A stretch of 64,000 bases of DNA, taken from Squalus acanthias (lineage: Eukaryota). The stretch lies in assembly GCA_030390025.1 (NCBI GenBank), contig CM059438.1, positions 65,040,001-65,104,000 of the forward strand, written 5' to 3'. Shown one piece after another: positions 23,375-34,368 of the stretch (position 1 is its first letter; the number at the start of each line of letters is the position of its first letter). The notes beneath the pieces are model-generated. The model was given only the letters and a program-made list of their open reading frames with translations, had not been told where the DNA came from and did not search any database. Position numbers and translations under genes: made by a program.

Positions 23375-23929
23375 GTGCACAGTTTTGGTCTCCTTATCTG
23401 AGGAAGGATATACTTGCCTTAGAGGCGGTGCAACAAAGGTTCACTGGATTGATTCCTGGGATAAGAGGGTTGTCCTATGTGGAGAGATTGAGTAAATTGG
23501 GCCCAAACTCTCTGGAGTTTAAAAGAATGAGAGGTGATCACATTGAAACATATAAGGTTCTGAGGGGGTTTGAGAGGTTAGATGCTGAGAGGTTGTCTCC
23601 TCTGGATGGAGAGTCTACAACTAGGGGGCATTGTCTCAGGATAAGGGGTCGGCCATTTAAGACTGAGATGAGGAGAAATTTCTTCACTCAGAAGGTTGTG
23701 AATCTTTGGAATTCTCTATCTCAAAGGGCTGTGGATGTTCGGTCGTTGAGTATATTCAAGGCTGAGATAGATAGATTTTTAGACTCGAGGGGAATCAAGG
23801 GATATGGAAATCGGGCGGGAAAGTGGAGTTGAGGTTGAAGATCAGCCATGATCTTATTGAATGGCGGAGCAGGCTCGAGGGGCCGTATGGCCTACTCCTG
23901 CTCTTATTTCTTATGTTCTTATGTTCTTA
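23375..23929 (+). mobile_element. CR1 3' fragment
   Basis: QQRFTGLIPG..TRGH..RRNFFTQKVVNLWNSL; (TTCTTATG)n tail. Confidence 0.92.
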
Positions 23930-24109
23930 ACATTGGAATAGTTGAATTACGTTCTGAACAAATGACACAATGATGTACTTGAAAGCAATTTGTATCGTCC
24001 GGTAAACACCCAAAAAATAATGGTTTCCAAACACTTTCTTTAAGAATGTGCTCCTTTAAAATAGGGGAATAATGTTTTGTTTTCTCCCTCTCCTTTCTTC
24101 TCCATAGCT

Positions 24110-27100
24110 CTTTTATGGCGCCTGGTTATATGATCGGCTGCAGGACACTCTGAGGGGGGAGGGTGAACAGCCAGAGGTCATTGTCCATATCGGTACCAAC
24201 TACCTAGGCAGAAAGAGGGATGAGGTCCTGCAGGCAGAGTTTAGAGAGCTAGGAGAGAGATTAAAAAGCAGGACCTCTAAGGTTGTAATCTCCGGATTAT
24301 TCCCGGTGCCACGTGCAAGTGAGTACAGGAATAGAGGATAGAACAGATGAATGGGTGGCTGGAGAGATGGTGCAGGAGGGAGGGCTTTAGATTCCTGAGG
24401 CATTGGGACCGTTTCTGGGGAAAGTGGTACCTGTACAAGCCGGATGGGTTACACCTCAACAGAGCTGGGACCAATATTCTCGCCGGGAGGTTTGTTAGTG
24501 CTGTTGGGAGGGTTTAAACTAGCTAGGCAGGGGGATGAGCACCAGCATATAGGAGTAGAAAAGAGGAATAAGGTGCATAAAAGAGTGAGTGTGTAGGATA
24601 GTACTAGGGAAGATAGTACTAGAGGTGGAAGTAGTACCATATTAGATAGGAGCAAACTAAGAAAGACTACGAAAAATTCAAAAATGGGTTTAGAATGCAT
24701 GTACGTAAACGCACAAAGTGTAGTGAATAAGGTTGGTGAGCTACAAGCACAATTATCCATGTGGCAATATGATGTTATAGCAATAACAGAAACGTGGCTT
24801 AAAAACTGTGAGGACTGGGCACTTAATATTCAAGGGTACAAGGTGTTCAGAAAAGATAGGGAAGGAAAAAAGGGAGGTGGGGTGGCAGCGCTGATTAAGG
24901 AAGACATTGTAGTGTTGGAAAGGGAAGATGTTCTTGAGGGGACTAGGGGCTGGATTTTGTGAATGGAGGTGAGCTGGAGGCGGGACAGCTGCTTGTCGTG
25001 TCAATGTCCCGCCTCCATCCTCGCCTGACCAACCAGAGGGATCTTCCCCTGATTGACCTTGTTAAGCCCGTCCTGTGGGCTCAGCAGGCCAATTGGGGAA
25101 AAAGTCACTGACAGAGCACGTCAACGTCAGACGTGCTATCTGTCGAGACTTCTTGAAAGAAGAAATGTCTGCGTTTGACAGCTCTGTGAAGCTGTCAAAC
25201 ACTGACATTCTCTGTAGTTTGATGAGCCCTTGTGTTCAGGACTCATCAAACCTTTCAAATGTGTAAATTTCACATGGCTGTTGGTACGGAGGTTCCAACA
25301 GCCATTCTGTGAAATTGACAAGGAGGCTCTCCCGATCCACCGCGGCTAAATGCTGTAGAAAGAAAACAAGGTAAGTGAACACTTTTTTAAACTTATCACT
25401 CACCTTGCATACTTACCACTCCACACTTGCACCCATCACTCACCTCTACACCTTACTTCCAGGTGCCTCCGACCCCCGCAGACCTCCTCCATGTCTCCTC
25501 CAACCCAACGGGGTTCTCCGAGGTCGGGAAGCCTTCACCTGTGAAGGTAAAATGGCACTAATCCTTTTTTCTGCCTGTTAACTACCTGTTAACAGGCAGT
25601 TTAAAGGATTAAATGCCTTTCCCGCCTCCAGGAGACGGGACCCGAAGCTGTACATCTTCCTGCCTCCTGGCAAAAGGGCACGGAGGCGGGATGGGGCGGG
25701 TTTGCCATCCGCCCCCACTTTCTCCGAATTTACCGGCTGTCCCATCTCCATGCCCGCCTCCTCGGGGCTTGGAAAATCCAGTCCACGGACAGAATCCATT
25801 TGGTTCGAGTTGAGGAGCAAAAAGGGTATGATCACGCTATTGAGGGTATTCTGTAGGCCTCCAAATAGTGATAGGGAGGTAGAGGAGCAAATCTGCAGGG
25901 AAATTGCAGAGATATGCAAGAGCTATAGAGTGGTGATATTGGGGGACTTTAATTACCCAAATATTGATTGGGATAATGCTAGGGTAAAGGGAAAGGAGGG
26001 GGAGGAATTTCTGAAATGTGTTCAGGAGAATTTCCTTGACCAATATGTTCTTGGCCCAACTAGGAAGGAGGCATTGCTGGATCTGGTGCTGGGGAATGAG
26101 GTGGGCCAGGTCGACCAAGTATCTGTAGGAGAACACTTGGGTACGAGTGATCATCATATCATAAGATTTAGATTAGCAACGGAGAGGAGCAAGGAACAAC
26201 CTAGAGTGGAACTTCTAAACTGGAATAGGGCTAACTTCAATGGGATGCGAAAGGATCTAGCCAGGGTAAAATGGAACCAAAGACTGACAGGAAAAACTGT
26301 AACAGAACAATGGGTGTTCTTTAAGGAGGAGATGTTCCAAGTACAGGCTAGGTACATTCCAACTAGAGGGAAGGGTAAGGGAACCAAAGCAAGGGCTCCT
26401 TGGATGACGAGGGAGATAGAGAAGATGATGAAACAAAAAAAGAGTGTGTATGATTTATGTCAGGTGAATTCTTCAAGGGAGAACCAGACCAAATACAATA
26501 AGTTGAGAGGAGATGTGAAGATGAAAATAAGATTGGCAAAGAGAGAATATGAGAGTAGAATGGCAGTTAACATAAAAGGGAACCCAAAAATCTTCTACCG
26601 GCATGTAAACAGTAAGCGGGTAGTAAGAGGTGGGATGGGGCCTATTAGAGACAAAGAAGGTGATATATGCTTAGAAGCGCAGGGCAAGGCTAGAATACTC
26701 AATGAGTACTTTGTATCGGTGATTACTAAGGAGATGGATGCTGACAAAATATCGCTAGAAGTGGAAAAGGTAGAGGCAATGGAAGGGGTGAAAATTGATA
26801 GACAGGATGTACTAGAAAGGCTGGGTATGATTAGAGTGGACAAGTCACCTGGTCCAGATGGCTTGTATCCCAGGTTGCTAAGGGAATTGGGGGAGGAGAT
26901 AGCGGAAGTGCTTGCCATAATTTTCCAATCTTCCCTAGATGTGGGGGAGGTGCCTGAGGATTGGAAAGTGGCAAATGTGACACCATTTTTCAAGAAAGGA
27001 TGTAAGGACTACTAACTAGGTCAGTTTAACATCAGTGGTGGGTAAAGTTTTAGAAACAATAATCAAGGAAAAAATTAACGGGGACTTGGAGAGGTTTAAG

Positions 27101-28395
27101 CTAATTAAGGAGAGCCAACAGGATTTGTAAAAGCCAGATCATGTTTGACTAATCTAATTGAATTTTTTGATGAAGTAACAGAGAGGATTGATGAAGGGAA
27201 TGCAATGGATGTTGTCTACATGGATTTTCGGAAGGCATTTGACAAAGTACCACATAGAAGGCTGGTTAACAAAATTGAGGCTCATGGAATAGGTGGGTCA
27301 GTGGCAGCTTGGTTAAGGAATTTGCTTAAGGACAGAAAACAGCGAGTTGTGGTAAATGGCTGTTTTTCAGACTGGAGGATGGTAGACAGTGGTGTTCCCC
27401 AAGGGTCAGTGCTGGGGCCACTGCTTTTTTTGATATATATAAATGACCTGGATATTGGAATACAGAGTAGAATTTCTAAATTTGCCAATGACACCAAACT
27501 TGGGGGTGTGGCAAACAGTGAGGATGATACCAATCGACTGCAACAGGCCATAGAAAGGCTAGCAGAATGGGCAGACAAGTGGCAGATGGAATTTAATACA
27601 GAGAAGTGTGAGGTGATGCATTTTGGCAGAAGGAACAGGGAGAGGCAATATACACTTAATGGCACAGTTTTAAAGAGTGTGCAGGGACAGAGGGACCTGG
27701 GAGTTAATGTGCATAGGTCCCTGAAGGTGGCGGGACATATTGAGAGAGTGGTTAACAAAGCACATGGGATCTTGGGCTTCATAAATAGAGGTATTGAGTA
27801 CAAAAGTAGAGAAGTTATGCTGAACCTTTATAAAGCACTGGTTAAGCCACAACTGGAGTATTGCGTCCAGTTCTGGTCACTGCACTTTAGGAAGGATGTG
27901 AAGGCCCTTGAGAGGGTGCAGACGAGATTTACCAGAATGGTTCCGGAGATGGGGGATCTTAGCTACAAGGACAGGTTGGAGAAGCTGGATTTGTTTTCAT
28001 TAGAGCAAAGGAGGTTGAAGGGTAATTTGATAGAGGTGTACAAGATTATGACGGGTTTGGATAGGCTAGACGGGGAAAGGCTGTTCCCACTAGTTGATGG
28101 TACAAGGACTAGGGGACACAGATTTAAGGTATTGGGCAAGAGATACTGGGGGGATGTGAGGAAAAACTTTTTTACGCAGCGAGTGGTGAAGACCTGGAAC
28201 TCGCTGCCGACGGAAGTGGTGGAAGTGGAGACACTCAATGTTTTGAAGGGGAGACTGGGTAAGCACTTGAGGGAAATAAATTTGCAGGGCTACGGGGATA
28301 GAGCCGGGGAATGGGACTGACTGGATTGCTCTACAGAGAGCTGGCGTGGGCTCGATGGGCCGAATGGCCTCCTTCTGTGCCGTTATGACTCCATG
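24110..28395 (+). mobile_element. Long CR1 LINE (end of ORF1 esterase, ORF2 endonuclease-RT), MITE-interrupted and frameshifted
   Basis: ORF1 SGNH-like VIVHIGTN..DGLHLN (24150-24520). ORF2 EN: CMYVNAQS, AITETWL, GDFNYP, SDH. RT: KSPGPDG, YMDFRKAFDKVPH, GVPQGSVLGP, FAND. CR1 3' end present. Confidence 0.96.
24947..25784 (+). mobile_element. Harbinger-type MITE (GGGCTGGATTTT family) inserted in the CR1 endonuclease
   Basis: TIRs GGGCTGGATTTT / AAAATCCAGTCC. Removing it plus 3 bp restores LEGTRTESIW. It is the reverse-orientation homologue of 32132-32949. Confidence 0.88.
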
Positions 28396-28509
28396 TGCTG
28401 GGTGCCTTCCAGTGCCGTATCCAAGTGCTGATTATCGCTGCTTCAGAAGGGTATTTAATTATGGGGAACATCACAGTGCAGACTAATCCTGGCCTCACTT
28501 AAAGTCCTC

Positions 28510-28770
28510 TTTCTCTTATGTAGTGCCTTATCACATCCCAAAGAGCTTTACAACCAAGGGTATGTTTTTTTTTAAAGTGCAGTCACTGTTATTGTGCAGG
28601 CAAGTGCAACAGCCACTGATGAACAGCAAGATCCCACAAACAGCAAATGTACGAATGTCCGCTTCATCCGTTTATGGTGGTGTTGGCCAGGACACCAGAA
28701 GAACTTTGAATCGCGCCATGGGATCTTTGGTGTCCACTTTGAGAGGGCAGACGGGGCTTAGCTTTCTGTG
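28510..28770 (-). mobile_element. Degenerate DeuSINE
   Basis: TTGGCCAGGACACC..GCCATGGGATCTTT (reverse complement of the SINE core). Confidence 0.7.
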
Positions 28771-29116
28771 AAGGGAAGGTGGTTGATGGCTTGCAGACAA
28801 CAGTGCTTCAGTTACATTCTCACCCAATGGTCGGTTGTTGATCCGTGGATTCATTCTATCATAATGTGGATCTGAGTGGATCGGATGTAGAACAGGAATA
28901 TTTGTGAAGAATAATCTTTGTATTAAGGGAGTTGGAAGTAGTTGAACAGATGCTGTTTGAGGAACTGAAGCAGTGAACCTAAATTATATTACTCGTGGAA
29001 CAGCACATTAGCACACTAACCCATGGTAACGTGAAAGGTTTTGATATTTGAGTTGGTGAGCAGCTCTCATTCATGATGTATAATGATCAAGGCCAATCAT
29101 TGTACATTTTCTTTTG

Positions 29117-30821
29117 TGTAAGGGTTTTGACACGTGTGTGGCTCTGTGCTTAGCCTGGGTGCTAGTGCGAGGTTAGGCCTTGTTGCCTGTTCTGGTCTCC
29201 AGCCAGTCTGGGAGCACTAGACACCTGTGAGTGGTTCGACCCACTCGCCCTTACGGTTCTGACACTGGACTTAGATGCGAGAGCAATAATGGAGAGAAAA
29301 CTCAGGTAGACCCGGTTGAATGGTATGAAATGGAAAATCTTTATTGCATATTATTCAAGATTACGAAATACATGTCATAAGCACAGATTAATGACAGTAC
29401 AATCTTACACGCAGTTATGTAACTAATTTTAGGGAAACGAGGAACGAACGACACATCGTAAATGGGGGCACACATTACAGTTATCCTTAAAACTTAAACC
29501 CTCCCCTATCAATACCTGCTCTAAACTAGATTTGTAGGATCGAGACTCATGCTCACCACTCGTGATAACTCGGAGAATTCCGAAAACTCTGCTCGGATGT
29601 TTTTACCGCAGCACCTGATCACCCACGTGTTGATCAGGGGTCTCTGTACCCCACTTGTTTACTCGTTTCTGCTCCGGCTAGCAGGCTGGACCGTCTGCTG
29701 TCATGAAGATCTGTGTTGTCCTCGGAGTTCCGACACTACTCAAAAAAGAGTCTTCCTGTGCCCTCGCCCTGATGCGATAAAATTCAAAGAATAGTCTTCC
29801 GATGCCAGTTCTGTAAAACTCAAAAGATAGTCTTCCTGGGCAAGGAAAGTGTCTATTCGACCTACAGGCACGGTCGGGGCTTACTGACCGTGGCGATACG
29901 TATGGTCGTCTTCTTCTCTTCTCATCTCATCTCATCTCATCTCATCTCATCTCATCTCATCTCGGGCCTTCGGTTCCAACACCGTTTACCGACTTCTCGG
30001 GATGGTGTGCCCGTTTCAAGGCTTCACAGCCTAGTTCCACACAGATCTTCGCGGCAAGCCACGAGGCTGATCCTGGCGGATCAGAAAGTTCGATAGTCTA
30101 GCAGCAAGAGGCAGATGCAAGAGCAAGGCGGCAAGAGGATAAGAGTCAAGAGTCAAGAGGCAGGAACAAGACGGCGAGCGAATAAGAGAAAGATGGACGG
30201 TTGTAGCTTACAGTTATAGTGCTGAAACTCCTCTTTTCCCGCCCAATCTTAATGTCTTTTCTTTTGTCAGAGTTTTGGCGCTCAAACTCCTTGTATAGGG
30301 TGATCTCCGTTTAATGGGTTTCGGTGATACTTGTAACTGCCTGAGTACCTGTTAATACTTTTCCCAATGTGTAACCGGTCAGTATTCTCCCTGGAGGGGT
30401 TTTGGGGCTTCCAAATGTTTTCTGTAACTACCCGCAAACGGCTCTCTCATCGTAGAGTCGTGGGGATTTTGCATATTAATGTCTTTGGATGGGTTCTTGA
30501 TCGCTTTGGTACAATAACCCTTATTCGCACCTGGGAGACCGATTTCAGTATTTATGTGTATACTGCAAACCCATAATGTCTTGTGTATTATCTCAAATGT
30601 GCTGAGTCTTGATCGATCTCGCACAAATGTATATTGGAACGCCATCTTGTCTGCTTATCGAAAAGTCTAGAATGTTCTGCCACGAGGCGTGGCGGCCATT
30701 TTACAGGCTGCTTGTGTCCACTTTGAAAACCTGACAGCATTTTGCTGAAATAAAGCTGTTTGAACGAAACTATGTGTTTTCTCCTGATTTATAAAATCGC
30801 GATTATATTGCGAATTCTACA
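29117..30821 (-). mobile_element. Solo LTR (1705 bp)
   Basis: TGTA...TACA termini with 4-bp TSD TTTG (29113-29116, 30822-30825). Minus-strand TATA-like signal near 30213 and AATAAA at 29340-29345. CpG-rich relative to its flanks. Confidence 0.75.
29921..29963 (+). repeat. (CTCAT)n microsatellite
   Basis: About 8 pentamer units. Confidence 0.95.
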
Positions 30822-31029
30822 TTTGTAAAAAAAATAGCTTTGGCCAGGCTATCCAACAACACTAAAAGAGATTACTGGTCATTTATCCCTTTGTTGTTTG
30901 TGGGACTTTGCTGCGTGCAAATTGGCTGCTGTGTTTCACTGCATTACAATCCCCACCCCACCTTTGTCATTTGGTGGCCAATCAAGAAGGGCATTTGTAG
31001 TGGCATAAAACTGCGCCATTAAGTAGACC

Positions 31030-31496
31030 ATAATTGCAGGACTGTCGTATGAGGAGAGATTGGGTCGACTAGGCCTGTATTCACTGGAGTTTAGAAGAAT
31101 GAGAGGGGATCTCATTGAAACGTATAAAATTCTGACAGGGCAAGACAGACTGGATCCAGGGAGGATGTTTCCCCTGGCTGGGGGTCTAGAACGAGGGGTC
31201 ACAGTCTAAGGATACGGGGTAGGACATTTAGGACTGAGATGAGGAGCAATTTCTTCACTCAGAGGGTGGTGAACCTGTGGAATTCTCTACCACAGAGGGC
31301 TATGGAGGCCAAGTCACTGAATATATTTAAGAAGGAGATAAATAGATTTCTAGACACAAAAGGCATCAAGGGGTATGGGAAAAGAGAGCGGGAATATGGT
31401 ATTGAGATAGAGGATCAGCCATGATCACATTGAATGGCGGAGCAGGCTCGAAGGGCCGAATGGCCTACTCCTGCTCCTATTTTTCTATGTTTCTAT
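31030..31496 (+). mobile_element. CR1 3' fragment (young subfamily, near-identical to 40385-40856)
   Basis: Direct sequence match, including GGGAAAAGAGAGCGGGAATATGG. Confidence 0.92.
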
Positions 31497-32110
31497 AATG
31501 GCCTCTCGAGCCTGTTCAATTAGACCATGGCTGAACTCCATTTACCCACCTTTGATCCATATCCCTTGATAACCTTACTAAAAAAAAAATGTAGTGATCT
31601 CAGTCTTTAAAATTTCAATTGACCCAGCATTCACAGCCTTTTGTGGAAGATAGTTCCAGATTTTCATTAACCTTTGTGTGAAAAAGTGCTCCCTGATTCC
31701 AATCCTAAATAATGAACTAGCTCAATTTTAAGATTATCCCCCCTTGTTCTGGATTCACCCACCAGGAGAATCAGTTCCTCAATATCTACGCTATCAAATC
31801 CCTTTATCATTTTAAAGACCTTCATTAGATCGTTCCGCAACTGTCTAAAATCAAGGGAATGCAAACCAAGTTTATGCAGCCTGTCCTCACATTTTAACCC
31901 TTTAAGCCTTGGTATCCTACTGGTGAATCTGTGCTGCATCCCCTCCAAGGCCAATATATCCTTCCTAAGGTTCGGTGCCCAAAACTGAATGCACTACCCC
32001 AGGTCGGGTCTGATCAAGACTTTGTAGAACTGAAGCATCACTTCCTCACTTTTGTATTCCAACCCCCTTGAGATTAGCCTTTTTATAAATTACTTTTTGT
32101 ACGTGTGCAT
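31497..32110 (-). mobile_element. Older CR1 fragment
   Basis: ALEGMQHRFT..LGLHSL..SRTRG motifs. Confidence 0.85.
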
Positions 32111-32131
32111 TACATTACATTGAATTACACA

Positions 32132-32949
32132 GGGCTGGATTTTCAATGACCCGTGGAGTTGGGTTTGGAGGCGGGGGGGGGGGGGGGGTTAAAGTTGCAG
32201 ATTCGGGGGTCCCGACCCCATCCCGCCTCCAACCCGCCTCCATGCCAGTTTCGCTGGCGGCGGGTACCCGACCTGTGCTGGGACCCGACTCCCCGAGGCG
32301 GGAAGGGATTAGTGACAATTAACTGCCTGTTAACAGGTAGTTAACAGGCAGTTTTTTGCCTAATCCCTATTTTCATGGCTGAAATGTGGGCTTCCCGACA
32401 GGTGCCAACCACGCCAAGTTATCGGGGCGGACCGTGGGTCTGCAGGGGTTGGAGGGGTCGATATGTCCGGTGGGCAGGTGAGTGATGGGTGCATGTGTGC
32501 AGAGGTAAGTGTGTAAGGTAAGTGCAAAGTGTGGGAAAAAGTTTTACTTACCTTAACTTCTTCCTGCAGGTGTCAGCCCTTCAGTTCTCGGGAGTCAGAA
32601 ATCTCACCGGCACAGAAAGCAGGAAAGCCGTGGTTCTGTCAAAAACTGCAGCCTTCTGTTTTCTGTGCTGGAATGATTTCTAACTCAGCCTGAGAGGCAG
32701 GACTCAAGTTAGAAATCATATTGTCAGTGTTTGACAGCTTCACAGAGCTCTTGACAGATGAAATGTCAATCTGTGACGTCACCTGTTGCCGGGTGGCCCT
32801 TAATTGGCCTGCTGAGCCCACTGGGCGGGCTCAACAAGGTCAATCAAGGGAAAATACAGTGGGTTGGCCACAAGTCGATGGAGGCGGGTCTACAACCCAA
32901 AAAGTGGGATTCACGACACCAACCTGCTCCCAGTATCAAAATCCAGCCC
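32132..32949 (-). mobile_element. Harbinger-type MITE (GGGCTGGATTTT family)
   Basis: Perfect 12-bp TIRs GGGCTGGATTTT / AAAATCCAGCCC, with TSD ACA (32129-32131, 32950-32952). Confidence 0.92.
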
Positions 32950-32952
32950 ACA

Positions 32953-33400
32953 GAATTTCCAAAACAGAAACAGGTCATTCGGCCCAACTGGTCTATGCCG
33001 ATGTTTATGCTCCACATGAGCCTCCGCCCACCCTACTTCATCTAACCCTATCAGCAAGCATCTTGTATTCCTTTCTCCCTCGTGTACTTATCTAGTTTCC
33101 CTTAAATGCATCTATGTTATTTGACTCAACTACTCCAAGTTCCACATTCTAACCACTCTCTCGGTGAAGAAGTTTCTTCTGAATTCATTCTTGGATTTAT
33201 TAATGACTCTTATATTTATGGCTTCTAGTTTTGGATTCCCCCACAAATGGAAACATCTTCTCTATGGCTAACCTATCAAACCCCTTTATTCTGCCCTATC
33301 AAACCTGTTTACTCTACTCTATCAAACTCCTTCACTAGCTTTTAATGATTTGTGTACATGGACACCAACATCCCTTTGCTCCTCCACAGCTCCTCCCTCT
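32953..33400 (-). mobile_element. CR1 3' fragment
   Basis: ACAGAAACAGGTCATTCGGCCC tail; TTCCACATTCTAACCACTCTC..GAAGAAG (reverse of FFT-RVV--W). Confidence 0.75.
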
Positions 33401-34368
33401 CTCAGAATTGAGATATGCAGGGGTCCGGGAGGAACATTAAGGTAGGTGTTTTCAACTTTACTTCAGGAAACAAACACACATGGTTGTTTGGAGGGTTGAA
33501 GTCATAACAGCACTGCGTGTGTATTCTCTGCCAAGCGACAAGCCGCACTTTGTCCTCAGCAGGACTGCAGTAACTTGCCTTCATGGCCAGCCATTAACAT
33601 CCTGCTCTAGCCTGACATTTTGTGATGTAGTGTTCTTAAATGCCTTTGTGGTTTTACTGCTAATTGCGCTCAATCTGGATAACAGTAAATTTAGAAATCG
33701 GTGACGTAAAAAATCTTTTAAATTATGTAAAGGCCATGACTCTTCTGCAATAATTATGCCTGCTACTTGCCACATTAATATATTATGATCTAGCTGGCTT
33801 TTATTTAATGGTGAATCTTGTCATAATTTTTTGAAGGTTACAGCACCTGAACAAGCAAAATTTAATCTGAAGGATTTTCTCCCTGCTCCAAATGTGAACT
33901 CGCTGGTGTAGCAGTTGAGTTAAGTTTAGGTTTTGACGCACCGACCATACATGTACACTGGCCGATAGGCGGTCCAAAAGCTTGCAGACATTAACAAGTG
34001 TACGACACTAGGCTGAGTGGCCCTCTAATCTATCCCTCCTTCTTTGTGTGGAACATTTTCGCCTCCACTCAGCAACACCATTGATACGAAGAACCCAGAA
34101 TGCAAGGGATTACTGCCGTGAATTCACACACTTCCATTCGAGCGTGATGTCCCAGTGCTCCAAAACCCCGGGCAGCTCCCCATCCTCTCTGTCTTAATGG
34201 CTTTCACATTCCTCTCTTCATTTAAATGCTTTTTTTCCTTTTTTGTTCTGTTTCCCTCTTTCACTGGTTTCAATAAGATGACTATAATGATGTTTTCTCT
34301 TTACTACATACTCAGTACCTTCTTTTCGACCCATTGGTTTCCTAATTTCAACTTCACAAAGCACACAT

